Positions 39,865-51,945 are shown, counted from the first letter of the stretch. The stretch is DNA of 64,000 bases from an uncultured bacterium (GCA_963695095.1 CAVOFT010000001.1:3520001-3584000); one strand, 5' to 3'. The notes: generated by a model not told the origin, from the letters alone. Made by a program: numbers and translations.

Positions 39865-40796
39865 GTGCCGGCCGGCGCTGCGCAGGCGGCGGTGCGCGCC
39901 GATTTCAAACGGCCGCGCCGCTGGGGGGAAGAAGGCATCCGGGGCCTGCTGCTCCTGTGCGCCTTCGTGTCCGTCCTCACCACGCTGGGCATCATCCTGA
40001 CGCTCAGCGCGGAGACCTTCGGCTTCCTGCGCAAGGTGCCGGTGCTCGAGTTCCTCTTCGGCACCCGCTGGTCGCCGCTGCTCGCGCCGCGCAGCTTCGG
40101 CGTGCTGCCGCTCGTGGGCGGCACCTTCATGATCGTGGTCGGCTCGGCGCTCATCGCCATTCCCGTGGGCCTGGGCAGCGCCATCTACCTCAGCGAGTAC
40201 GCCTCCGAGCGCGTGCGCAGGCTCGTCAAGCCGGTGCTGGAGATCCTGGCCGGCATCCCGACGGTGGTCTACGGCTACTTCGCGCTCACCTCGGTGACGC
40301 CGCTGCTGAAGGCGCTCATCCCCGACACCGCAGGTCTTCAACGCGGCCAGCGCGGCCATCGTCGTCGGCATCATGATCCTGCCCATGGTGGCCTCGCTCT
40401 GCGACGACGCCCTCGCGCGCCGTGCCGAACTCGCTGCGCCAGGCCGGGCTACGCGCTGGGCGCCACGCACCTCGAGGTCTCCACGCAGGTCGTCGTGCCG
40501 GCGCGCGCTGTCCGGCATCCTCGCCGTCGTTCGTGCTCGCCGCCTCGCGCGCCATCGGCGAGACGATGGCCGTCACCCTCGCGGCGGGCGCGACGCCGAA
40601 CCTCACCCTCAATCCGCTGGAGAGCATCCAGACGATGACGGCCTACATCGTCCAGGTCAGCCTGGGCGACACGCCGGCGGGCGGCGTCGAGTACCAGACG
40701 ATCTTCGCCGTCGGCGCCCTGCTCTTCGTCATCACGCTGGGCATGAACGTGCTCTCGCACCGGATCATGAAGCGCTTCCGCGAGGTCTACGAGTGA
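39865..40796 (+). CDS. pstC: Phosphate ABC transporter permease (frameshifted)
   Basis: [23 protein letters not shown] and [10 protein letters not shown]. Confidence 0.88.
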
Positions 40797-41666
40797 GCGG
40801 CGCCTGGCAGCCCCTGCCCACCCTGGGCCGCCGCCACCGGCGGGCGGCCCTCGCCCGCCGCGGGTTCGCCCTGCTCACCTGGCTGGGCGTGGCCCTGCTC
40901 GCCGTGCTGCTCTGCGCGTCGGCCGCCAGGGCTTCGCCTGGCTGGACTGGGACTTCCTCACCAGCTTCCCCTCGCGCTTCCCGGATCGAGCGGGCGTGCT
41001 CAGCCGCGCTGTCCGGCACGCTCTGGCTGATCGGCCTCACGGCGCTCATCTCCGTGCCCATCGGCGTCGCGGCGGCCATCTACCTGGAGGAGTTCTCGCG
41101 GCCGGGGCCGCCTGCGCAGCGTCATCGAGGTGAACATCGCCAACCTGGCCGGCGTGCCGTCGATCGTCTACGGCATCCTCGGCCTCGCCTTCTTCGTGCG
41201 CGGGCTCGGCCTCGGCCGCAGCGTGCTGGCCGGCGCCCTCACGATGAGCCTGCTCATCCTGCCCGTCATCATCATCGCCTCGCGCGAGTCGCTCAAGGCC
41301 GTGCCGCAGTCCTTGCGCCAGGGGGCGATGGCCCTCGGCGCCACGCGCTGGCAGGCGGTCCGCCACCACGTGCTGCCCAGCGCCCTGCCCGGCATCCTGA
41401 CGGGAGTCATCCTCTCGCTCTCGCGCGCGATCGGCGAGACGGCGCCGCTGATCATGATCGGCGCCCTCACCTACATCGCCTTCACGCCGGATGGTCCGAT
41501 GGACGACTTCACGGCACTGCCCATCCAGATCTACAACTGGGCGTCGCGGCCGCAGAAGGACTTCCACGGCCTGGCCGCCGCGGGCATCCTCGTGCTGCTC
41601 GCCGTCCTGCTCTTGATGAACGCGGCCGCCGTGGCCATCCGCTATCGCTCCCAGAGGAAATCCTGA
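40793..41666 (+). CDS. pstA: Phosphate ABC transporter permease (frameshifted)
   Basis: [24 protein letters not shown] and [10 protein letters not shown]. Confidence 0.88.
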
Positions 41667-42541
41667 TGCGCAGCGCCGCGACGAGGCCGACGATGGATAG
41701 CTCGCCCAAGCCGCAGCCCCCGGTTTCTCCCCTGCCGGCGGCGTCCGCCGCGGCCTTCCGAGCCCGGCCGCGAGAGCGCCCCTGCCCGATCTGATCCTCG
41801 AGACGAAGGCGCTGAGCATCTTCTACGGCGACAACGAAGCCGTGAAGCGCGTGAACCTTCCGGTTCACCTGCGCTCGATCACGGCCATCATCGGCCCGTC
41901 GGGCTGCGGCAAGAGCACGCTGCTGCGCGCCTTCAACCGCATGAACGAGTTCCTGGCCGAGGTGCGCATGGAGGGCGAGGTGCTCTACCGCGGGCGCAAC
42001 CTCTACGCCCCGGACGTGGACCCGGTGGAGGTGCGCGCGCGCATCGGCATGGTCTTCCAGAAGCCGAACCCGTTTCCGAAGACCATCTACCAGAACGTGG
42101 CCTGGGCACCGGCGCTGAACGGCATCGCCAGCAGGCGCGAGCTGCCGGAGCTGGTCGAGACCAGCCTGCGCCAGGCGAATCTCTGGGACGAGGTGAAGGA
42201 CCGCCTCGACGCTTCCGGCCTCTCACTCTCGGGCGGCCAGCAGCAGCGCCTCTGCATCGCCCGCGCGCTGGCCATGAAGCCGGAGATCATCCTCATGGAC
42301 GAGCCCGCCTCGGCGCTCGATCCCATCTCCACGGCGCGCATCGAGGACCTGCTCTTCGAGCTGAAGGAGCGCTACACCATCGTCATCGTGACGCACAACA
42401 TGCAGCAGGCGGCGCGCGTCTCGGACTACACGGCCTTCATGGACCTCGGGCGTGATGGTCGAGTTCGGCGAGACCGATCAGGTCTTCACCCGCCCGCGCG
42501 AGAAGCGCACCGAGGACTACGTCACCGGCCGTTTCGGCTGA
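41666..42541 (+). CDS. pstB: Phosphate ABC transporter ATPase (frameshifted near both ends)
   Basis: [45 protein letters not shown]; terminal EDYVTGRFG in a shifted frame. Confidence 0.92.
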
Positions 42542-42551
42542 GGAGAGGCAC

Positions 42552-43241
42552 ATGGGCAAGCATCTGCATCGCGATCTCGAACTGCTGAGCAAGGACATCC
42601 TCACGCTCGGCGCGCGGGTGGAGGAGAGCCTCGACCTCGCCGTGCGCGCGCTCGTCGACCGCCGCGAGGATCTCGCCGATGCGCGTCCGCGAAGGCGATC
42701 GACGATCATCGATCGCGAGGAGGTGGAGGTCGAGGAGGACTGCCTCAAGATCCTGGCCCTGCACCAGCCGGTGGCGGCGGACCTGCGCTTCGTGATCACG
42801 GCGCTCAAGGTGAACAACGACCTCGAGCGCATGGGCGACCTCGCCGTCAGCGTCGCCTCCCGCGCCCGCTGGCTGGCGCGCCGGGAGCCGCTGGATGTCG
42901 CCGCAGAGGCCATCAAGGGCATCGCCTTGAACGTGCGCAGCATGGTGCACATGGGCATCACCTGCCTCGTCGAGCGCGATCCGCTCATGGCCCGCCAGGT
43001 CTGCGCCATGGATGACGAGGTGGACCGCGATCACCGCCAGATGTACACGATCCTGCAGGACCTCATGAAGGCCGACCCGCGGACGGTCAAGCGCGCCGTG
43101 CAGACCCTCTCCGCCTCCCGCCAGCTCGAGCGCGTCGGCGACCTGGCGACGAACATCGCCGAGGATGTGGTGTTCATGGTGGAGGGCGAGGTCATTCGCC
43201 ACGGGCGCGAGCAGCTCGGCGAGGGCGACGAGTCGGGCTAG
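42552..43241 (+). CDS. phoU: Phosphate signalling protein
   Basis: [15 protein letters not shown] and [15 protein letters not shown]. Confidence 0.93.
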   Translation: MGKHLHRDLELLSKDILTLGARVEESLDLAVRALVDRREDLADARPRRRSTIIDREEVEVEEDCLKILALHQPVAADLRFVITALKVNNDLERMGDLAVSVASRARWLARREPLDVAAEAIKGIALNVRSMVHMGITCLVERDPLMARQVCAMDDEVDRDHRQMYTILQDLMKADPRTVKRAVQTLSASRQLERVGDLATNIAEDVVFMVEGEVIRHGREQLGEGDESG

Positions 43242-43362
43242 GCGCCAAGCCCGTGAGCGGCCCCGTGGCCACGGCGACACTGGCTCAGTGCAGGGCCAGC
43301 CACGCCGGGACTCGGCGGCAGATGCAGCATGTCGATCACGGGCTAGTGGATGCCGAGAACCT

Positions 43363-43974
43363 TCACGCGACCTCGGCCCCGGCCGGCGCCGCCGGCGACG
43401 GCTCCCCTTCCGGCGCGCCGTACAGCTGCTCGTAGACGGCCTGGACGACAGCCAGCGCGTAGGGCGCGGTGACGACGAGGCCGAGCAGGAGCGCCAGCAC
43501 CCCCAGCCAGACCAGCACCGTGAGCAGGCCGGTCAGCACGAGCAGCATCAGCCATTCGCGGGCGAAGAGCAGGCGGCAAGCGCGGAAGGCGGCCGTGGCG
43601 TCCAGGCCCTGCTGCACCATGAGCGGCATGAAGAGCAGGAAGAGGGCGTTGACGGCGAAGGCCACGGCCGCCGCGAGGAAGGGCATCCAGCCCACGAGCA
43701 GCAGCGCCAGCACCTGGGCGCCGAGCCAGACGAGGCCGCCCATGAGGAAGCGCTCGAAGCTGTTGAAGGGGGCGAAGAGGTCGGCAAGCAGTGGCCTCTC
43801 GCCGCGGGCAAGGCGGCCGAGGACGAAGAAGCTGCCCGCCACCATCATGGGCGCCAGGAAGACGGTCAGGGAGAGCAGGGCCCCGACCAGCAGGATGCCG
43901 ACCAGCCGCAGGGGATCTTCGGTGAAGAGCGCCCACCCGCGCGCCAGCGCGGGCAGCAGTTCGATGCGGGGCAT
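43363..43974 (-). CDS. Hypothetical integral membrane protein
   Basis: AGGAGG RBS; multiple TM helices. Confidence 0.7.
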   Translation of the reverse strand: MPRIELLPALARGWALFTEDPLRLVGILLVGALLSLTVFLAPMMVAGSFFVLGRLARGERPLLADLFAPFNSFERFLMGGLVWLGAQVLALLLVGWMPFLAAAVAFAVNALFLLFMPLMVQQGLDATAAFRACRLLFAREWLMLLVLTGLLTVLVWLGVLALLLGLVVTAPYALAVVQAVYEQLYGAPEGEPSPAAPAGAEVA

Positions 43975-44094
43975 CTCCCCTCCTTTGCGGCTGGCACGCT
44001 AGCACCGGGGCCGGGGAGGGTCAACCGGAGAGGGCTGGACCGCCGCCACCGGGCCTGCTAGTGCTTGTGGCCTGCCCGCTCCGGAGGATGGCCC

Positions 44095-45402
44095 GTGACC
44101 GCTCGGCTCCTGCTGCGCCAGGCTGCGCTCTTTCTCGCCATCTGGATTGCCGGCATCGCCGCCGTGTACCTCGGCAAGCAGATCGTCAGCTTCAACGCGC
44201 CCTTCTTCTGGCCGATGAGCATCTTCAAGCTGCGCTGGCCGGCCCCGCTCCAGTGGCTGGCGCTGGGCGCGGCGGCGACGCTTTGCCTGCTCGCCCTGCG
44301 TCTGGAGATCTGGCGACGGGGGCGCCTGGCCATCATCCTCGCCGGCAGCCTGCTGGTGATCGTCGGCACCCTCGGCCAGGGCTGGGAGGGCGGCTTTGCC
44401 CAGCCCGTCGCCGGCATCTACGGCGGCGAGGCGCTGCAGTACTACCACGCGGCGATGGAGCTGGAGGGTCCCGGCCAGGCGCTGCACGAGTTCAACGCGC
44501 TGCAGCCCTCGCTGCGCAATCACTCGGCCACCCACCCGCCCGGCGCGCTGCTCGTTTTCTGGGCCCTGGCGAAGATGCTTAAGCAGCCGGCCCTGATCGG
44601 CCTGGCGCTGGGCATCCTCTCGCTCCTCTTCAGCGGCTTCTTTCTCCACGCCTTCCTGGCGCGCTTCCTGCCGCCGGCGCGGGCGGCCCTGGCCCTCTGG
44701 CTCTTCTTCCTGTTGCCGGCCGTGCAGATCTACTACGTCGCCAGCCTGGACGCGCTGATCGCGGGCTGCTTCCTCGGCTGCCTGGCCTGCTTCGATCCCC
44801 GGCGCGGCTGGCTGCGCCTGCTGCCGGCGCTGGCCTTTCTGCTGCTGTCGGCCTGGCTCACCTTCGCCTTCGTCTACTTGCTGCCGGTGATCGCCTGGAT
44901 CGAGCTGCGCACGCGGCGCTCGCTGCTGCGCAGCAGCGCGCTGGGCCTCGGCGCAGTGCTGGCCCTGGTCGCCCTCAAGCCGCTCGTCGGACTCGACTAC
45001 TTCGGCGCCTTCTTCACCGCCACGCGGCTGGACAACCCCGCGGGCTGGCCGCCCCTCGTCGAGCCCCTGTCCTACGTCGCGACGCGGATCGAGAACGTGG
45101 CCGAGATCCTGCTCTTCCTGGGGCCCTTCGCCATCGCCCTGGCCTGGCGGAGCTGGCGGACCGGGCAGGGCGAGTGGCGGGAGTGGACGCTGGGCGCCCT
45201 GCTCAGCCTGGCGGCCGTCTTCCTCAGCGCCGCCTACAAGACCGGCGAGACGGCGCGCGCCTGCATCTTCGTGCTCCCGGCGCTCCTGCTGCCGCTCGCG
45301 GCCGCCCCCGAGCTGGCGGAGGCGCGCACGGTCCGCCGCCTCAGCCTGCTGCTCGCCGCGCAGGCGCTGGCCATGCAGGCCTTCGGGAACTACTTCTGGT
45401 AG
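44095..45402 (+). CDS. Polytopic membrane protein, GT-C glycosyltransferase-like
   Basis: More than 10 TM helices; THPPG loop; GETAR near the C-terminus. Confidence 0.6.
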   Translation: MTARLLLRQAALFLAIWIAGIAAVYLGKQIVSFNAPFFWPMSIFKLRWPAPLQWLALGAAATLCLLALRLEIWRRGRLAIILAGSLLVIVGTLGQGWEGGFAQPVAGIYGGEALQYYHAAMELEGPGQALHEFNALQPSLRNHSATHPPGALLVFWALAKMLKQPALIGLALGILSLLFSGFFLHAFLARFLPPARAALALWLFFLLPAVQIYYVASLDALIAGCFLGCLACFDPRRGWLRLLPALAFLLLSAWLTFAFVYLLPVIAWIELRTRRSLLRSSALGLGAVLALVALKPLVGLDYFGAFFTATRLDNPAGWPPLVEPLSYVATRIENVAEILLFLGPFAIALAWRSWRTGQGEWREWTLGALLSLAAVFLSAAYKTGETARACIFVLPALLLPLAAAPELAEARTVRRLSLLLAAQALAMQAFGNYFW

Positions 45403-46757
45403 GAGGGCGCGGGGTGCTCCCCGGTCGAATCTTGGCCCGGAGGCGAGGCGAACCCGCGTGTACTCAGGGCGCCGATGAGGCCGAAGGTCAGCCAGACGAG
45501 GTGATCGTACATGTGCGGGTTGAAAAAGGTATCCACGACCTTCACGAAGACGACGACTCCGCAGGCGGTCGCAGCCACCCGCGCGGCAGGGCTGAGCGGA
45601 AGTCTCCGCATGCGACGCAACTCGCGAAAGACGGCGAAGTAGGGCAGGCAGTAGAGCAGGAGGCCGATCAGGCCGCCGTCCGCCAGCAAGGTGACGACGA
45701 GCGTGTGGCTCATCAGCGTCCCCGAATGATAGACCATGTCGTGCGAGGCCAGAGGATACCAGTGCTCGCCGACCAGCGATGCGTAGGAGTAGAAGCCGCC
45801 GCCCCAGAGCCAGTGCATGCCCGCTGCCCAGATCTGCAGGCCGCTGAGCGCCAGGTACCAGCGGAACCGGCTCGAGTAGTCCTGCTCGAGTGCAGTGAAG
45901 CTGAGGGCGCGATTCAGAAGGACGCGGCCGTAGGGCGTCGCGATCGCAAGGTAGAGGACGCCTGCCAGCCCGACTCCAAAGAACCACTTCGTGTAGGGCC
46001 GCAGCCGCGGATTGCGCCAGAAGGCCAGCATTCCCAAGACCAGCATGAGCCAGGCGCTGCGCGAGTAACTGAGCAAGATCGCCCCCACGGCGACGGCGAG
46101 CACGGCCAGGATGCCGACTTTCGCCGGCCAGCGGAAGTGCGGCACGGCTAGCGCCGCTACCATGAAGAGCGACAGCACCGCGAGAAAGCCGCCCATGCTG
46201 TTTGCATCCCAGAAGGTGCCCAGGGCGCGAACGGATCCGGCATCGGGACCCTGCTTCTGCACGAAGGAAACGCCGGCCATGGTCAGGGCATTCAGGGTCT
46301 GCAGCTGGGCGGCGACGCCGACCACCAGCGCCGTGCCTACGACCGCGATCAGCAGGGCCAGCAGATGCCACTGCTCCTCGATCAGATTCGCGACGATGAC
46401 CGCGAAGATCCAGAGTACCGATAGGCGAAGCACGAAGAAGCCTGCCTTCGGCAAGTCTGCGCTATAGAAGCTCGACAGCCCGGCGAAGATCATGAAGGGC
46501 AAGAACCAGAGCAGGTGCCGGGGAATGCGCAGGCGCCGGTCATTGATGGCCATGTGCACGCCGAAGGCGAGGATGATCACCACTTTGAGCAAATTGTTCG
46601 CAGTGAACAGCGTGCCCTCGATGCGGCCATAGAAATCGAGGCTGACCGTGTAGATGCTGAAGGCCACCAGCAGGGCCGGCTGGCGCAGGGCAAGGAGGCC
46701 GGCGGCGAGCCCGAGGCAGGCCAATCCAGTCCATAGCGCTAGCTGGCCCATGTCCAT
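45390..46757 (-). CDS. O-antigen ligase/polymerase (Wzy_C) family protein
   Basis: RALGTFWDAN, LSYSRSAW and SHT..LLADGGLIG. Confidence 0.8.
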   Translation of the reverse strand: MDMGQLALWTGLACLGLAAGLLALRQPALLVAFSIYTVSLDFYGRIEGTLFTANNLLKVVIILAFGVHMAINDRRLRIPRHLLWFLPFMIFAGLSSFYSADLPKAGFFVLRLSVLWIFAVIVANLIEEQWHLLALLIAVVGTALVVGVAAQLQTLNALTMAGVSFVQKQGPDAGSVRALGTFWDANSMGGFLAVLSLFMVAALAVPHFRWPAKVGILAVLAVAVGAILLSYSRSAWLMLVLGMLAFWRNPRLRPYTKWFFGVGLAGVLYLAIATPYGRVLLNRALSFTALEQDYSSRFRWYLALSGLQIWAAGMHWLWGGGFYSYASLVGEHWYPLASHDMVYHSGTLMSHTLVVTLLADGGLIGLLLYCLPYFAVFRELRRMRRLPLSPAARVAATACGVVVFVKVVDTFFNPHMYDHLVWLTFGLIGALSTRGFASPPGQDSTGEHPAPSYQK

Positions 46758-47950
46758 CAGGTATCGCGCAGGAGTAGTTGCAGGCCACTGCGCGCTGAAC
46801 CGCCGCCGAGTCGGCTCAGCGCATCGATGAAGAGCGCCGCTGACGACGCGGTGATCATGCTGATCAGGCCGACCAGCATGATTGTGAGGCGCTTGCGCGG
46901 CCAGGTCGGCTCGGCGGCAGCGATGGGTCGATCCAGGATCGTCAGCGTCTGAGCGTCCAGGATGGCTTCCAGGCGCGCAGCTTCTTGCGCCTCCCGCAAA
47001 CTGATCTCCAGGGATTCCAGCAGCGTGAGCTCCCGCTTCAGACGGTCCCGGCCCATCCCGGCCAGCTCGCTGCGACCTGGCGAGGGCAACCGGCCACTCT
47101 GGGCATTGCTCACGGTATCGAAGTCCGCCAGGAAGCCCTCATAGACGGCGATCTCCGCCGCCAAGGCCTGACGCTCCGTGCTGGCCGGCCGTTGATCCTG
47201 TGCCAGTCGATCTCGCTGCATCCTCAGATCCAGTAGTCGCGTCTGTAGCGGCTGCAGGAAGGCGTAGGCGATGTCCCGCTCCAGCTCCGGATCGGCGACG
47301 CCGCTGGCTGCCACCTGCCCGGCCAACCGGGCGCGGGCCTGCGCCAGGTCTACCTGCAGTTCCTGCAGACGGGCTGCGAAGAAGGCGACCCTCTGGTTGG
47401 CGTACTCGTGGATGCGATCGAGATTGGCGGCATTCGTTTCCCACAGGTAGCTCTCGGCGATGCGGGCACTCATCGCGGGATCGCGAGTCGACACGGTGAC
47501 GATCAGCACTTGCAGCTGCAGCGATAGCGAGAAATGCGTGGCCTGAGTCAGCTTTGCCATGGCCCGCTGTTCGGCCCCGACCGCCCCCACAGACCCTGCC
47601 GCGACGCCGAAGAACTCGGCCAGATTCAGCGTCCGCACAATCTCGCGACGCACTCGATCGCTCACCATGAGCTCGAGGTTCGTGCTGTTGCGCGTGGTGA
47701 CATCTCCAAACCTGAAGGCGCTGCGGAAGGCGCCACGCTCCAGGATGGGCATCTTGGCCGCAACCTCGCCGGTCTGCTCAGGCAGGATCGAGGCGTGGCT
47801 CTCGTAGCGGGGGGGAATCAGGAACTGCACCACGAGCGCCGCGAGCGCGACCGCCAGCAGCACGGGCCAGAGAATCCAGGCTGCATGGCGGCGGAACACG
47901 TTGAGGAGGTCGAGCAGCGAGTAGTCGAGCGCTGGCCGCGGGGAAATCAT
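46757..47950 (-). CDS. Wzz/GumC-like polysaccharide chain-length determinant
   Basis: Two terminal TMs, YESHASILP, coiled coil, ILDRPI..PTWPRK. Confidence 0.78.
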   Translation of the reverse strand: MISPRPALDYSLLDLLNVFRRHAAWILWPVLLAVALAALVVQFLIPPRYESHASILPEQTGEVAAKMPILERGAFRSAFRFGDVTTRNSTNLELMVSDRVRREIVRTLNLAEFFGVAAGSVGAVGAEQRAMAKLTQATHFSLSLQLQVLIVTVSTRDPAMSARIAESYLWETNAANLDRIHEYANQRVAFFAARLQELQVDLAQARARLAGQVAASGVADPELERDIAYAFLQPLQTRLLDLRMQRDRLAQDQRPASTERQALAAEIAVYEGFLADFDTVSNAQSGRLPSPGRSELAGMGRDRLKRELTLLESLEISLREAQEAARLEAILDAQTLTILDRPIAAAEPTWPRKRLTIMLVGLISMITASSAALFIDALSRLGGGSARSGLQLLLRDT

Positions 47951-47969
47951 GGTACGCTCTCGCTGGGGT

Positions 47970-48806
47970 TCATGGTCGAGCGGGCATCGTACCCGCCTTC
48001 ATCGCTGCAACGAATTCGCTCAGCTCAGCGCCGAGCGCGGCGAGGTCGAGACCGCGCGGGGCCCCCGCGTGCCGGGCGATGATCTCCACCGCCGCGCTGC
48101 CGCTGATGGCGCCGGAAGCGCCGGCGGCGATGGCCTGCCGCACCTGCTCGGGCCGGCCGATGCCGAAGCCGAGCAGGGTGGGAATCGCGCTGGCGCGCCG
48201 GATGCGCCGGAGCAGGGGGGCCGCCGTGCCGGCCAGGCTGGCGTCCTTGCCGGTGACGCCCGTGCGGCTGACGACATAGAGGTAGGGCCCGCCCGCGGCC
48301 GCGATGGCCGCCAGGCGATCGGCGCGCGTGAGCGGCGTCACCATGGACACCAGCCCCAGGCCAGCGGCCGCCGCCGCCGCGCGGAAAGGCGCCGCCTCTT
48401 CCAGGGGCAGATCCGCGATCAGCACGCTGTCCGCGCCCGCGGCCGCCAGGCGCCGGCAGAAGGCCGCCGCGCCCGGCTTCTGCACCAGGTTGGCGTAGGT
48501 CAGGAGCCCGATCGGGATCTCCGCGTGGCGAGCCCGGAAGGCGGCCAGGATCTCGAGGGCGACCTCCGGCGTCACGCCTGCCCGCAGGGCTCGCAGGTCG
48601 GCGCCCTGGATGGCCGGACCGTCGGCCACCGGGTCGCTGAAGGGAATGCCGAGTTCGAGCAGGTCGGCGCCGCCGGCCACGAAGGCCTCGAGCACGGCCA
48701 GGCTGGTGGCGGGGTCGGGGTCGCCCAGCACCGTGAAGGGCACGAAGGCGCCCTCGCGGCGCGCGGCAAGCGATTGAAACACTTTCGCATAGCGTTCACC
48801 AGCCAT
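47970..48806 (-). CDS. trpA: Tryptophan synthase alpha chain
   Basis: EGAFVPF..GDP, LELGIPFSDPVADGPAIQ, YVVSRTGVTG, GFGI and GAISGSA. Confidence 0.95.
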   Translation of the reverse strand: MAGERYAKVFQSLAARREGAFVPFTVLGDPDPATSLAVLEAFVAGGADLLELGIPFSDPVADGPAIQGADLRALRAGVTPEVALEILAAFRARHAEIPIGLLTYANLVQKPGAAAFCRRLAAAGADSVLIADLPLEEAAPFRAAAAAAGLGLVSMVTPLTRADRLAAIAAAGGPYLYVVSRTGVTGKDASLAGTAAPLLRRIRRASAIPTLLGFGIGRPEQVRQAIAAGASGAISGSAAVEIIARHAGAPRGLDLAALGAELSEFVAAMKAGTMPARP

Positions 48807-48866
48807 GGCGCCTACTCTAGCCGCAGGCAAAGGGATCATCAAGTGCGATCCGGGAGCCGCGGCCGA

Positions 48867-49687
48867 ATGCGCAAGTACGCTATCCTGATTGGTCTGCTCA
48901 TGGTAGGCGCGCTGGGGTGGCGGCTGGGTGGCCTTGGCTACAACCTGCCAGTCTGCGCCAATGTCGATGAGCGGACGGCCTTGAGCGTGCTGCTGCGCTT
49001 GAGCCCGCAGGATCCCAATCCGCACTTCTTCAACTACCCCTCATTCTACTTCTACTCGACCTGGCTTCTGACCCGCCCCTTCTGGGCCCTCGCCGATCCC
49101 CTGCTGCTGGGCCGCATCGTGAACCTGCTCGTCGGTCTCGCCCTCGGCCCGGCGGCCTTCTTCCTCGCCTGGCAGCTCTATCGCTCCCGGCTCGCCGGCG
49201 TCATTGCTGCGGCCGCCACCCTGGCGAGCAGCACCTTGACCCGCAATGCGGGCTACCTCGCCACGGATCCGCTGCTGGCGCTGCTGCTCCTGCTTGGCGC
49301 TGGGCTTCTGGCAGGCCTGACGCGCACGTCGCGCCGCTCCCCCTGGGTCGCCGCCATGCTCTGCCTGGGCCTGGCGCTGGGGACGAAGTACACGGCATTT
49401 CTCATGGTGGCCGCCTACTGGCTCTGGGCGCTCTTGCCCCGGGAGGCCTCGGCGCCCGGGAACTCTTAGCAAGCGGCCACGAGCGCCGCTCCACTCGCTG
49501 GCTGCCGGCGCTTGTGCTCCTGCTCGCGGGCACGCTCTGCGCCGGACTTGCCCTGGCGTGGCCGGAGCAGCAGTTGCTCGCTCGCCTGGGCACGGCAACC
49601 AAGGTCGATTCCGCTCTGGACGTTGCAGACTTGGCCTGGCTCTCCGGGTTGCGCGCGAAGACCGCCTGCTCGCCGCGTTCCTGGTGA
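48867..49687 (+). pseudogene. ArnT/GT39-like membrane glycosyltransferase, frameshifted near 49460 and 3'-truncated
   Basis: VDE..NPHFFNYPSFYFY; GLALGTKY; continues after a shift in a G-run (ELLASGHERR..LPALVLLL) and then runs into the opposite-strand gene. Confidence 0.65.
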
Positions 49688-50822
49688 TCGCCTCTCTCGC
49701 CCAGCGCCCGAGACGGCGCTGCTCCTGGGTAGCGCCGAAGGCCAGGCGCAGGGCATCCGGATGCAGGAGCGGATTGTGGATCCTGATCTGCGAGAGGCTC
49801 GTGGCGATGTTCGCTCCCGCCCAGTAGCGCAGGTGCAGGCGCAGGTATGCGAAGTCGAGCCGGTCGCGCTTGCGGCGCAAGCGGCGCTGGGCGCCCGCGC
49901 GCGCGGCCAGCGCCGAGGCCCGGTGTGCAGGCTCCTTGCGCAGCGCCTCGGCCCAGTCCCCGCGCAGGAGCTGCAGCGGCACGGGCTTCTGGTACATCCG
50001 CGAGGTCACCAAGCGCGACCAGTCGGGGTCGCGATCCTCGTCGAGCCCGACGGGATCCTGGAGCCACCAGAAGTCCCGGTAGAGCTCACCGCCCAGCCCA
50101 CCCACCGAGACCTCGTAGGCTCCCCTGTTTTCCTGGAGCCTCAGCAGCCGGGCCGCCAGGCGCGGATGCACGCAGCCGTTGGCGGCTTCGAGTGCCGGTT
50201 GCCAGACGTCGACAGCATCTGCCGCCTCGCTGCGATCGTGCATGAGCTCGACGCCCAGCCGCTTCGCCAGCCGCCGCGCAATCGTGGGATCGGGCGTGCC
50301 CGGCTCACCGGTGACCGTGGCGGTGAACTCGATCCCTGCGGCCTTGAGCGACAGCGCTACCAGCCGCGAGTCCAGGCCACCAGTGAGATCACAGATCACG
50401 CGCCAGCCCCGCAGGGGAGCCACCGCAATCTGGAGGGTATCCAAGAGCATTGCTGTCGAGGGCGCGGGGGACTCCCGCCAGAGCTCATCCTCATCGGGCG
50501 TTCTCACCTGGAGTTCGCCGACTTCCTGCGCCACCCATGCTCCCGGCGGCAGGGCCAGGATGCGGGGATGGATGGCACCATCGTAGAAGACCCCGTTGCT
50601 CAGAAACGAGGCACACACTGCAGGATCGGGGAGCAGGCCATTGTGCTTGGCTAGCGCGAGCGGCGAAGGCGACACCTGCGCTGTGCCTGACAGGGCGTAG
50701 AGCGGCACGCAGGCATTGGAGTCAAGTTGCCATGCACTCCCACCTTGGGCTCTGTCTTCCCGAATCAGGAAGTGGGTCAGTGATCGCGAAAGCGCATCCC
50801 CCCAGGCTTCATGATTTAGCAT
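49670..50822 (-). CDS. Asparagine-synthase-like protein, apparently 3'-truncated
   Basis: CDLTGGLDSRLV PP-loop, GGLGGELYRDFWW, NPLL; plausible protein sequence is lost after AITRNAA. Confidence 0.7.
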
Positions 50823-51941
50823 GGCTCAGCTCGCCGTAGAGGACGACCAGCCGCTCCAGCTCGCGCTCCCAGTTGAAGCGCTCGGCGACGGCCGCCCGCC
50901 CGCGCTCGCCCATGGCGCGGGCCTGCTCGGGATGCGCGTCCAGCCAGCGAATCGCCTGCACCACGGCCGCGTTGTCGGCCGGGTCCACGCAGAGGCCGCA
51001 GCCAACGCCCTCGACGAGCGCCTTCCACACGGGGAAGTCCGCGCAGAGCACGGGAATCCCCGCGCCCATGTACTCGAAGAACTTGGTCAGCTCCTTGCGG
51101 CGATAGTGCTCCGTGGGCGGGAAGAGGGCGAGGCCGGCCGTCCAGCCACCTTCGCTGTACTGCGCGAGGATGCGCTCGTAGGGCAGGTGCTCGCCCGCCC
51201 CCTCGATGTGCAGCCGCTTCGCGTTCTCGCCGGCCAGCGCGCGCAGCTCCGCAGCCCAGGTCGGCTTGCACCAACCGACCAGGTGCACTTCGACCTCCGG
51301 CAGCAGGTTCACCAGGTTCGCGTGCACGGCGCCGCCGCGATCCCGCCAATGGCCCCCCGTGTAGAGCAGGCGGATGCGCCCCGGCGCGGGCGGCGGCTGC
51401 AGACCCGCGGGCAGGCTGTCCAGGCGCGGGTAGTTGAGCACGAGGGTGCCGCGCGGGAAGCGGTCGGCGTAGTAGCGCTCCGCCAGCACGCAGCAGAAGG
51501 CGCGTGCGGCGAGCCGTTCAAAGCCATCGAAGAGCCCGCCGAAGAGTCGGCCGAGCAGGCGCGAAACGCGCGGCGACAGATAGTGCTTCTGGTAGAGCGA
51601 GCTGACGTTGTCCTCGTGGATGTCGTAAACCACGCGCTTGCCGAGCAGGCGCAGCCAGAGCCCGGCGGGGATCAGCTCCGGATCGTGGATGTGATAGATG
51701 TCCGGGTCGAGCCGCCGGGCCGCGGCGAGCACGCGCCAGGGCGCGACGAGCATGCGCGCGAGCCGCCCCCGGGGGCGCCGCAGGCCGACGATCGCCACGC
51801 CGTCGCGGTCACCGCTCTCGGCGCCTGCGCAGATCAGCGTGACGGCGACGTCTCGCTCGGCGAGCCCGCGACATTCCTTGTGAAAGACTCGGGCGTCGTA
51901 GGGCGCGTGCACGCTGGTGAGATGCGCGACCCGCAGCGGCT

Positions 51942-51945
<4 letters not shown>
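50809..51945 (-). CDS. Glycosyltransferase family 4
   Basis: [27 protein letters not shown] and [16 protein letters not shown] overlap with trpB. Confidence 0.9.

Noticed and set aside
49467..49469. TAG read-through (pyrrolysine) in the GT39-like gene
   Set aside because: The sensible continuation is in a shifted frame, explained by one missing G in a G-run
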